Positions 29,352-39,332 of a DNA stretch of 64,000 nucleotides are shown one piece after another. Under the pieces are notes generated by a model. It ran no database searches and was not told where the DNA came from. It saw only the letters and a list, made by a program, of their open reading frames with translations. The position numbers were made by a program, and so were the translations under genes. The DNA is taken from positions 1-64,000 of the forward strand of contig DASCPX010000189.1 in assembly GCA_036012755.1 (NCBI GenBank). The letters run 5' to 3'. The DNA comes from Myxococcota bacterium (lineage in GTDB: Bacteria; Myxococcota_A; UBA796; CAJQPC01). The number at the start of each line of letters is the position of its first letter. Position 1 is the first letter of the stretch.

Positions 29352-30929
29352 ATGTTGAAGCCCCAAGAGGCGCGCTGGCTGTCGGTGGTGGTCGCGGATG
29401 ACATGGTCCGCGGCGACCGCAGCTCGGCGAACCGGCGGGTCTCCCACTTGCTGCTCGACGACGGCGTCGCGGCGGGGCTGCGGTGCTGGACGCCAGCGGC
29501 AACATCTTCGCGGTGGCGCTCTCCGAGGCTGACCCGGAGCTCCAGCCCAGCGCGGCCTGGGGCGTCTTCTCGGGCACCCTGGACAGCGGCGACGCTGCTC
29601 GCGCTGATCGACGAGCTCCTCGACTTCGCCCGCATCGACGCTGGCAAGCTGTCACTGGAGGAGGAGAGCTTCGATCTGTTGGAGCTGGTCGAGGACCTCG
29701 CGTGGCTGCACGCAGCCAGCGCCCAGCGACGGGGCATCGACCTCATCTGCCGGGTCAGCACAGAGCTCCCGGCGAGGGTCGTCGGAGACGCCCTCCGTGT
29801 CCGGCAGGTGCTCACCAACCTCGTCGGAAACGCGCTGAAGTTCACGGCGGTCGGCGAGGTCTCGATTCGCGTTGACGTCGTCACTGAGGGCGAGGAGGAC
29901 TGGGAGGTCCTCTTCGAGGTCGACGACACCGGCGTCGGCGTGCCAGAGGACAGCCTCGTGGACATCTTCGAGTCCTTCCACCAGGGCGACGGCTCGACGA
30001 CGCGGCGCTTCGGAGGCACCGGGCTGGGGTTGGCGATCTGCAAGCGCCTGGTCGACGCCATGGGGGGCAAGATCGGCGTCAGCAGCGCCCTTGGCAAGGG
30101 GAGCCGGTTCTGGTTCACCGTGCCCTTGAGGCGGGATCCGGCTGCGGTGCGCGCCTCGGCCCGCGCGGTGCCGAGTGGACGTGTGTTGCTCGTGGACGAC
30201 TGCGGCAGGTCCCGCGCGGCGCTCCGGGAGTACCTGGACGCGTGGGGACTGGATGTCCGAGAGGCGAGCGACTCGTTGGCGGCGCTCTCCGCCCTGGACC
30301 GAGCGGACTTCGACCTCATCATCCTCGATGGCCAGCTTCCGGGCGGTGGCACCTTGCTCCGGGCGGGGCAGTCGTCGCTCACCATCCTGCCGATCGACGA
30401 GGCGGATCCGAGCCGATCCGACACGCTCGCGCGTCCTGTGCGACGGCGGCAGCTGCGGGATCGAATCGCGGTTCTGCTCTCCGGCGAGCAGGATGAAGAG
30501 GTCATCGTCCCGGTCTACGACCACCATCTCCTGGCCCCCCGCATCCTCGTCGCGGAGGACAACCCCACCAACCAGCTCGTGGTGGGACGCATGCTCGAGT
30601 CCCTCGGCTGCGAGCCGGTCCTGGTGGACGATGGGGAGGCAGCGGTGGAGGCGCTGCGCGAGGAGCAGTTCGATCTCGTGCTCCTGGACTGCTTCATGCC
30701 TGGCCACGACGGCTTCGAGGTCGCCCGGATCGCCCGCACCCAGCTCGGCCTGGACCTTCCGATCGTCGCCCTGACGGCCCACGCCGTGGATGGGAACAAG
30801 GAAGCCTGCTTGGAGGCGGGCATGAACGACTTCCTCGCCAAGCCCGTCACGATGGACGCCCTCGCCACCACGGTCGACCGCTGGGTCGGACTCCCGCTGG
30901 TCGTGCTGCCGATCGCCTCGTCGAGCTAG
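29352..30929 (+). pseudogene. Hybrid sensor histidine kinase lacking the H-box (HATPase plus two receiver domains)
   Basis: Similarity begins at LLALIDELLDFARIDAGKL. QVLTNLVGNALKFT, DTGVG, GGTGLGLAI and two REC domains are present; no SHExRTP upstream. Confidence 0.75.
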
Positions 30930-31333
30930 GTCTGGCCCATCGAGGCCAAGGCGAGGCGAAGGTCCTCGTCGTCTCGGATCTCCAGCACGTCGATGTTGCC
31001 GCCGCAGGCATCGCAGAACTGCTGGTCCGGCAGGCTCCGGCAGCGGGTGCACACGAAGTAGGGGCGCTCCATGTTTCGCAGCCGGTCCTGGAAGTCCGGG
31101 TCGAGGGGGACCGCCTGTGCCTGTCGGAACTCGCCGGACTGGGGGTTGCCGTGCACGAGCAGGAGACCCCCGATGATCACGAAGACCAGCCCGATGGCGG
31201 GCACCACGATGAAGAAGCCGTTGTTCGCCACGTAGTCGAACGCGGTGAAGCCGAAGAGCCCCGCCGCGATGAGCAGGGAGATCACACCGCCAGTTCGTCC
31301 ACTCGAGAGCAGGGCGTCCACGAGCGCACTCAT
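30926..31333 (-). CDS. Small two-TM protein with C-terminal zinc ribbon
   Basis: Two hydrophobic helices; CTRC...CDAC. Confidence 0.75.
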   Translation of the reverse strand: MSALVDALLSSGRTGGVISLLIAAGLFGFTAFDYVANNGFFIVVPAIGLVFVIIGGLLLVHGNPQSGEFRQAQAVPLDPDFQDRLRNMERPYFVCTRCRSLPDQQFCDACGGNIDVLEIRDDEDLRLALASMGQT

Positions 31334-31337
31334 GTGC

Positions 31338-32168
31338 TCACACTACCCCGAGGATCCCGACCTCCACGAGCCGGCGGCAGGAGCTGTCGAGGTCCTCGTC
31401 GGCGACGAGGCGAAGGTGTACGCCGCCTCTTCGGCGCGCTTCTTCGGCGAGAGTCGCGCCGAGTCGCTCCAGGCGCTCGAGGTAGCGCTCCACCGTCGGC
31501 CGGTCGAGCACCACGTCGACCTCGCCGCCGGTCTCCGCGTCGCGGAGGCGCACGGCACCACCCTCGGGGGGGCGGTCGTCGAAGGTCGACAGGACCTGGA
31601 CGAGGGCTACACGACCCGCGCGAACCCCGCGCAGCCAGCGCTCGGGACCGTCCGGGACGAGGAAGTCCGAGACCAGCACGAAGAGGCCACCTGAAGAGGT
31701 CTCGAGGGCGCCGACGGCTTCGCCCAGAGGACGAACGCCCTTGAAGTCCACGCCCTCGCGGAGCAGGCGCTCCACGCTGATGCGCTCCTCCCTGTCGCCG
31801 AGCGCGCGGATCCGCACGTGGAAGCCCTCGGCTGCGGCGCTGCGGGCGAAGAGCGCCGCGAGATCGACGGCGCGCTGGGCCTTGTCCGGGTCGGTCGCCA
31901 TCGACGCGCTGGCGTCGATGAGGAGGTCGAGGCTCGGGCGGATCTCCTCGCGATAGCGCTTCAACAGCAGCTGGTCGGAGCGGGCGTAGGCCCGCCAGTC
32001 CAGGTGCCGCACGTCGTCGCCGGGCTGGTAGTTCCGGTGGTCCTGGAACTCCGTCGAGGAGCCCGTGCCTCGGCCCTTGTGCATTCCCGCGGGGCCGTGG
32101 GCCGGCGGCAGGCGCAGGCTCAGGACGTAGCGCTCCGCCAGCGCGGCGGCTTCAGCGCGTGGCCGCAC
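31338..32168 (-). CDS. DUF58 family protein
   Basis: GSSTEFQDHRNYQPGDDVRHLDWRAYAR, DASASM, VSDFL. Confidence 0.92.
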   Translation of the reverse strand: MRPRAEAAALAERYVLSLRLPPAHGPAGMHKGRGTGSSTEFQDHRNYQPGDDVRHLDWRAYARSDQLLLKRYREEIRPSLDLLIDASASMATDPDKAQRAVDLAALFARSAAAEGFHVRIRALGDREERISVERLLREGVDFKGVRPLGEAVGALETSSGGLFVLVSDFLVPDGPERWLRGVRAGRVALVQVLSTFDDRPPEGGAVRLRDAETGGEVDVVLDRPTVERYLERLERLGATLAEEARRRGGVHLRLVADEDLDSSCRRLVEVGILGVV

Positions 32169-33627
32169 GGTCTCGGGCCTCCTTGCTGGCCAGCCCCAGG
32201 CGGCGCAGCCCGCGCACGACGCGCGGCAGGTTCACGAGCGCGGTGACCGCGACGCCGATGGCCAGGATCTCCGGGAGGGACTCGTGGCCATCGATGGCGC
32301 GCTCCAGGGTGTGGAAGGGGTTCCCGACGTGCTCGAACTCCTGGAGGTCCCAGTCGCCGATGACCGCGCCGATGACGCTCGGGACGAAGAGGCAGGCCAG
32401 ACAGAAGACGGGCACGCTGAACACCGCGGCGATGCGGCCCTTCGTCATGTGGGTCCAGCGGTTGAAGAAGGCGGTCGGGAAGCCGACCCCGATGAAGAGG
32501 TACGAGGTCGAGATCAGCACCGCCGCCTGGACCTCGTAGTAGTCCCAGTCCAGGACCGCGACCGAGCTCAGCGGTGGCGCGGACAGCAGGAGCACCACGA
32601 TGCCGGTGAGCAGCGCGCCCAGGAGCAGCACGGCGTGGGAGCCGCCGGGCTGGAACGGAGCCGACAGCAGCGCCCCGCGGCGGGGGACGTCGATCCAGGC
32701 CCTCCGACCCATGCGCTCGGGCTCGGTCAGGAAGCCGGTGAAGGGGACGAGCAGGACCATGCAGAGGTAGGCCGTGACGATGGCGATTCCTTCCTCTTCG
32801 CTGTGCCCGGCCTGGTCGATGGCGTAGAGCCCGGCGATGGCCGTGAGGCTGACCAGCACCGTCAGGATTCGCAGCGGCCGCGTGCGGTTCTCCTCCGGGT
32901 GGGCGATGCGGGCGACAGCCGCGGCGAAGCCGAAGGCCCCCGCGGCGCCTCCGTGGAAGGTGAGGGCCCCCCAGACCCACCAGAACTCGTCGTGGGTGAT
33001 GGTGTCCGGGCTCGAGATCAGCTCGCTCGCCAGCGCCACTGCGATGCCCACGCACCACAGGAGTCCGCCGCCGAGCACGGTCATCAACAGCACGCGCAGC
33101 AGGCGGTTCGTGCCCAGCCACGAGGCCGCTATGGTCACGCAGGACAAGAAGCCGCCGAAGAGCACCACCGTCAGGACGCTCACGCCGAAGGCGGCGATGT
33201 CGACCCCCGGGAGCAGGAAGGCCAGCCCGAGGAAGGGCAACAGCGCCAGGAACATCAAGCCGATCTGGACGAGGGACGCCAGGAGCCGGCCGAGCACCAC
33301 CTGGCGTGGACTCAGCGCCGTGAGCAAGAGGACCTGCGTGCGTTCGGTGTCCCAGTTGCCGCCTGCCGCGAGGAAGGCCTGGAAGGGGACGAGCCCCATG
33401 ACGCAAGCGGCGAGGCAGAAGAAGACGACGCCGAAGAAGATCTTGCCGAGCTCGTCGGGGTCATCGACGACGCTCAGGAGGAAGCTCCCGGCGAGGCAGG
33501 CGATGACCAGCGCCAGGGCGTAGGTCCCCCAGAAGTACTTGCTCCGGACCGCTTGCCGAACCTCCTTGACGAGGATCGGGTTGATCCGGTCGTCGACCCA
33601 GGTCAGGACTCCCGAGACCAGGATCAC
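32152..33627 (-). CDS. ABC-2-type permease-like membrane protein
   Basis: NPILVKEVRQAVR, LLLTALSPRQVVLGRL; many TM helices. Confidence 0.8.
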   Translation of the reverse strand: MILVSGVLTWVDDRINPILVKEVRQAVRSKYFWGTYALALVIACLAGSFLLSVVDDPDELGKIFFGVVFFCLAACVMGLVPFQAFLAAGGNWDTERTQVLLLTALSPRQVVLGRLLASLVQIGLMFLALLPFLGLAFLLPGVDIAAFGVSVLTVVLFGGFLSCVTIAASWLGTNRLLRVLLMTVLGGGLLWCVGIAVALASELISSPDTITHDEFWWVWGALTFHGGAAGAFGFAAAVARIAHPEENRTRPLRILTVLVSLTAIAGLYAIDQAGHSEEEGIAIVTAYLCMVLLVPFTGFLTEPERMGRRAWIDVPRRGALLSAPFQPGGSHAVLLLGALLTGIVVLLLSAPPLSSVAVLDWDYYEVQAAVLISTSYLFIGVGFPTAFFNRWTHMTKGRIAAVFSVPVFCLACLFVPSVIGAVIGDWDLQEFEHVGNPFHTLERAIDGHESLPEILAIGVAVTALVNLPRVVRGLRRLGLASKEARDRAATR

Positions 33628-34559
33628 TGGACGTTCCCCTCGGTCAGGGAGAGGAAGACCTCCTCGAGATCGGCCTGCAGAGACCGGAACTCGATGACCT
33701 CCAGGCCCCGGGTGATGGCAGCCGCCAGGACCCTCGCGGCTCCCCCCTCGTCCTTCACCGAGAAGACGACCGCGTCCCCGTCGCAGCGCACGTCGTGGAC
33801 CTCGGGCTGCTCGGCGAGGAAGCGCTCGAGCTCTACGGCATCACCGAGGTGGCGAATCGAGAAGACCGGGTCGGGCTGCAGGCGCTTCTGGATGTCGGTG
33901 ACCTTTCCGGAGGCCCTGACGCGCCCTTGCTCGATGACCGCGACGACGTCGCAGATCTCGGAGAGCTCCGTGAGGATGTGGGAGCTGATGAGCACTGCCT
34001 TTCCGAGCTCGTTGGCAAGCACGGCCAGCAGCTCGCGCAGCTCCACCCGGGCGCGGGGGTCGAGGCCCGCGGCCGGTTCGTCGAGGATGAGCAGGGCCGG
34101 ATCGTGGAGCAGGGTCACGGCCAGGCCGGCGCGCTGCCGCATGCCCTTCGACAGGGCCGTGCAGTCCTTGCCCACCAGCGGACCCAGGCCAGTGAACTCC
34201 ACCACGTCGGCGATGGCTTTTCGGCGACCCTTGCCGCGCAGGCCCTGCGCCCTGGCGTGGAAGTCGAGGTAGTCCCCCACCGGCATGTTCGGCTCGGAGG
34301 CGTAGGCATCAGGCATGAAACCCAGCTGACGCCTGGCCTCGCGGGGGTGTGTCAGGACGGAGAGACCACCGATGAGCACGTCGCCGGCGTCCGGGAGGTC
34401 CAAGGTCGCGGCGATGCGCATCGTCGTGGTCTTGCCTGCCCCGTTCGGCCCGATGAAACCGCAGATCTGCCCGGCTTCGACGTGGAAGGAGACATCATCG
34501 ACCGCCTTGACGTCACCGAAGGCGCGGTGCAGCTCGCGGATCGTCAGGGCGCGGCTCAC
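33624..34559 (-). CDS. ABC transporter ATP-binding protein
   Basis: GPNGAGKTT, LSKGMRQR, LILDEPAAGLDP, ISSH. Confidence 0.95.
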   Translation of the reverse strand: MSRALTIRELHRAFGDVKAVDDVSFHVEAGQICGFIGPNGAGKTTTMRIAATLDLPDAGDVLIGGLSVLTHPREARRQLGFMPDAYASEPNMPVGDYLDFHARAQGLRGKGRRKAIADVVEFTGLGPLVGKDCTALSKGMRQRAGLAVTLLHDPALLILDEPAAGLDPRARVELRELLAVLANELGKAVLISSHILTELSEICDVVAVIEQGRVRASGKVTDIQKRLQPDPVFSIRHLGDAVELERFLAEQPEVHDVRCDGDAVVFSVKDEGGAARVLAAAITRGLEVIEFRSLQADLEEVFLSLTEGNVQ

Positions 34560-36247
34560 GAGTCCTCCATCACGCCGACCACCCAGTGCTCGCCGGCCTC
34601 TTCCTTCACCTCGACGCCTTCCGTGTCGAGGAAGGGAGAGGTCTCGATGCGGGCGACGTAGGTCCCCACCGGCCAGTCCATCGCGCGGTCGGGCCAGGGC
34701 GAAGGGGTCTTCGTGGCCATCTCGCTTTCCCAGAGCATGGCCAGCTCTGGCTCGAGATCCTCGATTGGTTCGAGGACGGCGCTGTCCCCCTCCTCGAGGT
34801 CCTCGATGAGGAACCAGCCCTCGTCCGTCCTCACGATGGCGGTGAGGATGTCGGCTCCGAGCGCGTTGGCGGCCTCGTCACCGACCAGGTCGAGGCGCTG
34901 GCGTGCGCTGCCCTCGGACAGCACCACCTGTCGCGTCCCGGTCCTGACGGGGGCGAGATCTCCGCCGAGGACACGTCCCTGCTCCCAGGTGATCTGGGGG
35001 TTGAAGTCCCAGTCCGGGGAGACCGGGAAGTGGAGGGTCTCGGCGGCTGGTCGCAGGCCTCCTCGCGGGGAGAAGCCGATGTAGAGCTGGCGCACGTTGT
35101 GGGTGGCCGCCGTGTGTGTGCGCTGGTCGAGCATCGTCATGCTGTGGCTCGCGGTGCGCACGCCGAGGCCGTTGTGTGCGATCCCGTAGCCGACCATCAC
35201 GGCGGTGGAGCTCAGGGCGATGATCGGGGTCGTCGCGAGCAGGCTCGCGGGACGCTTCAGCAGGCGCACGACGAAGGCGTTGACGGGGCCGAGCAGGATC
35301 GCGATGCCGAAGATGAGGAGCGCGAAGGCGCCGCGCGGGAGGTGGCCGACCCCTGGGATCACGGGCAGGGCTCCGGGGTCGTTCCCGGTGGGCCCTCGCG
35401 GGAGGCGGCGGGACAGCGGGCTGCTCCAGGCGGGCTGGACGACAGAGCGGACGATCAGCGGCTGGTCGAGCTCCTCCTCGCTCAGGAATGCGAGCTGTCC
35501 GAGCCCCATCGACCGGCTGTTCAAGCCGGGCAGCAGTCCGGACTCCAGCCAGGGCGTCCAGGCGAAGCGCTCCTCCATCCAGGGCGAGAGCAGATCGTCC
35601 GCCGCGGCGAACCCGGGGCCTTCGTCACCCACGACCACGAGGCTGCCGCCGAGGCGGACCCAGCTCGTGATCGGCTCGAGCTCCTCGCGCGCTGGCGTGC
35701 CGTCGCGGACATCGAGGATGACGAGCCCGAGGCTGCTGTAGGCCCCCTGGTTCTTGGGGAGGTCCTCGAAGCCCACGGCGCCGATCGCGTTGATGTCCGA
35801 CAGCACCAGGCGGTCGACCCAGGCGTAGGTCGAGTCGTAGTCGGGCTCGCTCGCCGAGACGAGGAGCACGCTGCCACGCCCGTCCGTGGAGCGCTCGTAG
35901 GGTCCGATGGACGACAAGGAGGTGATCCAGTCGTTGCCTTCGAAGACGGTGAGCGAGTGCTGGGCGGAGTGGTCCAGGTAGCCGGGCAGCAGGAACTCGA
36001 GGGTGCGACGCTCCCCGGGCTCCAGCACGACGGTGCGGGAGGTGTTCGCCGAGTAGCCATAGGACTCGATCAGCTCGATGCGGATCTCGCGGGTCGCCTT
36101 GGAGCTGTTGTCGACGCGAATCTCGACGGGCACGTAGCCCCGCTCGACCTTCAGCGGCCAGGCGTAGCGACTCTCGATGGCGATGCCGTTGTCGCCGCCG
36201 GAGTAGACCTGCGCCGCCATGGCGCCCGCGAAAAAGGCGAAGAGCAC
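34556..36247 (-). CDS. Secreted/membrane protein of the MoxR operon
   Basis: Signal peptide, large soluble domain, two TM helices around LLGPVN. Confidence 0.75.
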   Translation of the reverse strand: MLFAFFAGAMAAQVYSGGDNGIAIESRYAWPLKVERGYVPVEIRVDNSSKATREIRIELIESYGYSANTSRTVVLEPGERRTLEFLLPGYLDHSAQHSLTVFEGNDWITSLSSIGPYERSTDGRGSVLLVSASEPDYDSTYAWVDRLVLSDINAIGAVGFEDLPKNQGAYSSLGLVILDVRDGTPAREELEPITSWVRLGGSLVVVGDEGPGFAAADDLLSPWMEERFAWTPWLESGLLPGLNSRSMGLGQLAFLSEEELDQPLIVRSVVQPAWSSPLSRRLPRGPTGNDPGALPVIPGVGHLPRGAFALLIFGIAILLGPVNAFVVRLLKRPASLLATTPIIALSSTAVMVGYGIAHNGLGVRTASHSMTMLDQRTHTAATHNVRQLYIGFSPRGGLRPAAETLHFPVSPDWDFNPQITWEQGRVLGGDLAPVRTGTRQVVLSEGSARQRLDLVGDEAANALGADILTAIVRTDEGWFLIEDLEEGDSAVLEPIEDLEPELAMLWESEMATKTPSPWPDRAMDWPVGTYVARIETSPFLDTEGVEVKEEAGEHWVVGVMEDS

Positions 36248-36250
36248 TTC

Positions 36251-37267
36251 TCAGGCGACCTCGCCCGGGAGGGCCTCTGGGAGCTCGTCGACGTGGGCCA
36301 GCACCGCCTCGGAGAGGCTCCTGCCGTCGTGCCCGTCGAGCTTGCCGCGGTAGTCGACCACGACGCGGTGGCCCAGGGCGTGCGGGGCGACGGTGCGGAC
36401 ATCGTCGAAGCCGACGTTGGGTCTGCCAGCGAGCAGGGCGTGAGCGCGGGCGGCCTCTGCTATGCCGATGGCTGCGCGCGGGCTGGCGCCGTAGCGCACG
36501 TTTCGCTTCACCACGTCCGGGGCACCGGGAGAGCCCGGGTGCGTCGCGTCGACGAGGCGGGCCGCGTAGCGGGCGACGGCCTCTGGCAGGAAGATCGCGT
36601 CCACCAGGGCGAAGAGCTCGTCGAGGTGCTCGGAGTCCGTGACCGGTGTGGCCTCCGGGGGACGTCCGCCGCGGCGCTCGCGGATGATGGTGGTGAGCGT
36701 GTCGGGACCGACGCGGTCGACGGTGAGCTTGAACAGGAAGCGGTCGAGCTGGGCCTCTGGGAGGGGGAAGGTGCCCTCCAGCTCGATGGGGTTCTGGGTC
36801 GCGAGGACCCAGAAGGGAGCTGGCAGGACGTGGGTCTCTCCGAGCACCGTGACGCGGCGCTCCTGCATCGCCTCCAGGAGCGCGGACTGGGTGCGCGGCG
36901 AGGCCCGGTTGATCTCGTCGGCGAGCACGACGTTTCCGAAGATGGGGCCCTTGTGGAAGACGAAGCGTCGCTGCCCGTCCTTCTCCTCCAGCACCTGTCC
37001 GCCCGTGATGTCGCCGGGCAAGAGGTCCGGTGTGAACTGGATGCGGCGGAAGTCGAGGCCGAGCAGGCCGGCGAGGCCCTTGACGAGCTCTGTCTTTCCG
37101 AGGCCGGGCAGGCCCTCGAGCAGCACGTGACCACGGGCCAGCGCGGCGACGACCGTGAGGTGGACCAGCGCCCCCTGGCCGAGCAGGCGCGTGTTGAGAC
37201 CGTCGAGCAGGCCCTTGGCGAGGTGCTGGCCCCGCTGGACGTCTTCGGGGGAGAGCAGGTCGGACAT
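36251..37267 (-). CDS. MoxR-family AAA+ ATPase
   Basis: GHVLLEGLPGLGKT, RIQFTPDLLPGDITG, DEINRASPRTQSALLEAM, ATQNPIE, LPEAQLDRF. Confidence 0.95.
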   Translation of the reverse strand: MSDLLSPEDVQRGQHLAKGLLDGLNTRLLGQGALVHLTVVAALARGHVLLEGLPGLGKTELVKGLAGLLGLDFRRIQFTPDLLPGDITGGQVLEEKDGQRRFVFHKGPIFGNVVLADEINRASPRTQSALLEAMQERRVTVLGETHVLPAPFWVLATQNPIELEGTFPLPEAQLDRFLFKLTVDRVGPDTLTTIIRERRGGRPPEATPVTDSEHLDELFALVDAIFLPEAVARYAARLVDATHPGSPGAPDVVKRNVRYGASPRAAIGIAEAARAHALLAGRPNVGFDDVRTVAPHALGHRVVVDYRGKLDGHDGRSLSEAVLAHVDELPEALPGEVA

Positions 37268-38536
37268 CTAGTCGTCTTCCGAGTCTGAGCTGAAGAAGGT
37301 GGCGACGGCGTCGCGGTGTTGAGGAGCCAGGTCCCGGCGCCAGGTGTTGGCGCCGTGGCTCTGGGCGGTGGCGCGGGCGGCGTCGCCCTCTGCGTGGACG
37401 TCGACCTCTGCGTCGGCGAAGGCCTCGCCGAGCAGCATCGTGTGCTCGAGGTCGATGTTGGTGCCAGGTGGCAGGACCGTCGGGGCGAACTGCTCGGAGT
37501 GATCCGCGCGCTCGTCCCCGAACTCCAGCGGAGCGGTGCCCGGGCCGCGGGTGATGCCGCCCTCGCCGGGCTCGCCGTTGGCCAGCGCGAGCGCCATCGC
37601 GTCACCCTCGCACTCCCCGCCGGGCTGATCGCACTGGCCCTCGCCCTCGATGAGCTGGGCGGACTCGAGGCGCACGCGGCCCTCGTCGATGGCTTTCTGG
37701 AGAGCATCGGCCATCGCCTGGGCCTGCTCGGGGCTCATCTGCGGCAGCCCGTCGAGGCCGTCGAGCTTCGAGGCCATCTCTGCGAGCTCCGGCGGCAGCT
37801 TGCGGGTCAGACCGGCCGCTGCGAGCTCCGAGAGGGCCTTCTCGATGGACTCCTGGAGCGGGTCGGTGCCGCTGCGTCCGTTGGCCAGGGCGTCCTCGGC
37901 GCGCTCGGCGGCCTGGTCCAGCTCCTGCGCCAGCTGCTCGAGGCGCTCTTCGGTCGCGTCGACCGCCTCGAGGTTGGCCTCGCTGGCCTCTGTGGCGTCC
38001 GCGAGGTCCTCGATCGTCTCCTCGATCGCCTCGACCTCGTCCTCCTCGATCTCTGCGACCTCTTCGATGGCGTCGAGCTGATCCTCCAGCTGCTCGATGG
38101 TCGCGTCGGGGAGTCCCGCTCCGGGACCCCTCGGCAGGTCGCTCACCGGGATGAGGAAGGCCAGGGCGGAAAAGGCGAGACCGGGGATGGGCCATCTCCA
38201 GGGGAGGCGCATCGTCGGAGTCCCGCTGGCGCTGGCGATCCAGCGCAGGTCGGGCTTCTCCAGCGCGGTGAGGACGCGCCCGTCACCGCCGTCGAGCCAG
38301 GCAGCTGCGGTGCCCTCTGAGACGAAGCGGGTGCGGGCGACGAGCCACGCAGAGGCCGGGACGATCGCCAGCGGCAGGAAGCCGGGCCACCAGGCCTCGC
38401 GCAGCCAGAGCCGGAACATCAGGACGACGGCGCCGACGATGAACAGCGCCACCCCCGTGTGGCGAAGGAGCTCGCCGGTGTAGGCCGCCACGGCGATGCG
38501 GCGCTGAACGAAGCGGACGTGGTCGCGGAGGCTCAC
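37268..38536 (-). CDS. Membrane-anchored coiled-coil protein of the MoxR operon
   Basis: N-terminal TM helices, Glu/Ala-rich coiled coil, GGITRGPG, C-terminal VATFF. Confidence 0.75.
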   Translation of the reverse strand: MSLRDHVRFVQRRIAVAAYTGELLRHTGVALFIVGAVVLMFRLWLREAWWPGFLPLAIVPASAWLVARTRFVSEGTAAAWLDGGDGRVLTALEKPDLRWIASASGTPTMRLPWRWPIPGLAFSALAFLIPVSDLPRGPGAGLPDATIEQLEDQLDAIEEVAEIEEDEVEAIEETIEDLADATEASEANLEAVDATEERLEQLAQELDQAAERAEDALANGRSGTDPLQESIEKALSELAAAGLTRKLPPELAEMASKLDGLDGLPQMSPEQAQAMADALQKAIDEGRVRLESAQLIEGEGQCDQPGGECEGDAMALALANGEPGEGGITRGPGTAPLEFGDERADHSEQFAPTVLPPGTNIDLEHTMLLGEAFADAEVDVHAEGDAARATAQSHGANTWRRDLAPQHRDAVATFFSSDSEDD

Positions 38537-38654
38537 GGGCGAATCCTAATCGCGGGTCGCAGAGAAGACGTGCAAGCTCTGCGGACTCTTTCAGCGCGGG
38601 CTGGTTCCATGCCTGACCGACTGGGCTCTCCGGGCTCCTGAAACACCCCCGTCA

Positions 38655-38674
38655 CCTGTGGCGTTTCGCACAGG
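38655..38674. promoter_or_regulatory. CRP/FNR-like palindrome CCTGTG-N8-CACAGG
   Basis: CCTGTGGCGTTTCGCACAGG in a divergent intergenic region; resembles TGTGA-N6-TCACA. Confidence 0.5.
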
Positions 38675-38825
38675 CCGCTGGGCGTGTCGACTCGATCCCT
38701 GGATGCGTGCTCCCAGAGGACCCGCGTCATGGCGTCGTTTCCGCGAAACGGACGGGCTGGCACGCTCCGTGCGGCCCCTGAGCGTGCAGGAGCCGGCTCC
38801 TCGGTCCCCGCGTCAAGGAGGCAAC

Positions 38826-39275
38826 ATGCCCGCTCTCGATCCCCGCATCCTCGCCGTGCTCGGTGTCACCGCACCGCTGGTGCTCCTCGGGTGCAACAAC
38901 GGCGACGACTCCGGCGACAGCAACGCCGCCTGCGCGGACGGAATCTCCGCCGACACCCTGAGCTCCAAGGCGGTGAGCGCCGGCCCCACCCTGGACGGGG
39001 TGGCCGACGAGGCAGCCTGGGACTGCCTGGACACCTTGGAGATCGACCTCGCCGCCAACATCGTCTACACCCCAGAGGGCGCCCCGGTCCAGGAGGACGG
39101 CGGGGTCTGGACGCTGGAGATGTCCCGCAGCCTGACCACCAGCGCCGGCGCGGAAGAGGACGTGCAGTTCGACGACCTTGGCGCCGAGTACCTCTTCGGC
39201 GTGGCGGTCTTCGACAACACGCAGATCAACCACGCGGTCCACGACGGCGTGTTGAAGCTGGTCTTCCTCGAGTAG
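38826..39275 (+). pseudogene. DOMON/ethylbenzene-dehydrogenase-related lipoprotein, apparently with an in-frame internal deletion
   Basis: AAGGAGG ribosome-binding site; LLGC lipobox; PTLDGVADEAAW close to GVWTLEMSRSLTT...DVQF...FGVAVFDN...H with the central part missing. Confidence 0.55.
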
Positions 39276-39290
39276 TCGGACGATTAGACC

Positions 39291-39318
39291 CGCTGGGAGC
39301 CGGGGGGGGCTCCCGGCG
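39291..39318. terminator. GC hairpin between convergent genes
   Basis: CGCTGGGAGCC-loop-GGCTCCCGGCG inverted repeat; no U-tract. Confidence 0.5.
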
Positions 39319-39332
39319 CCTGCTCTGGGCCC

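Noticed and set aside
28213..29655. Complete restriction-modification or defence island
   Set aside because: No nuclease, helicase or other defence gene is nearby; the extension beyond 29304 is non-coding-like.
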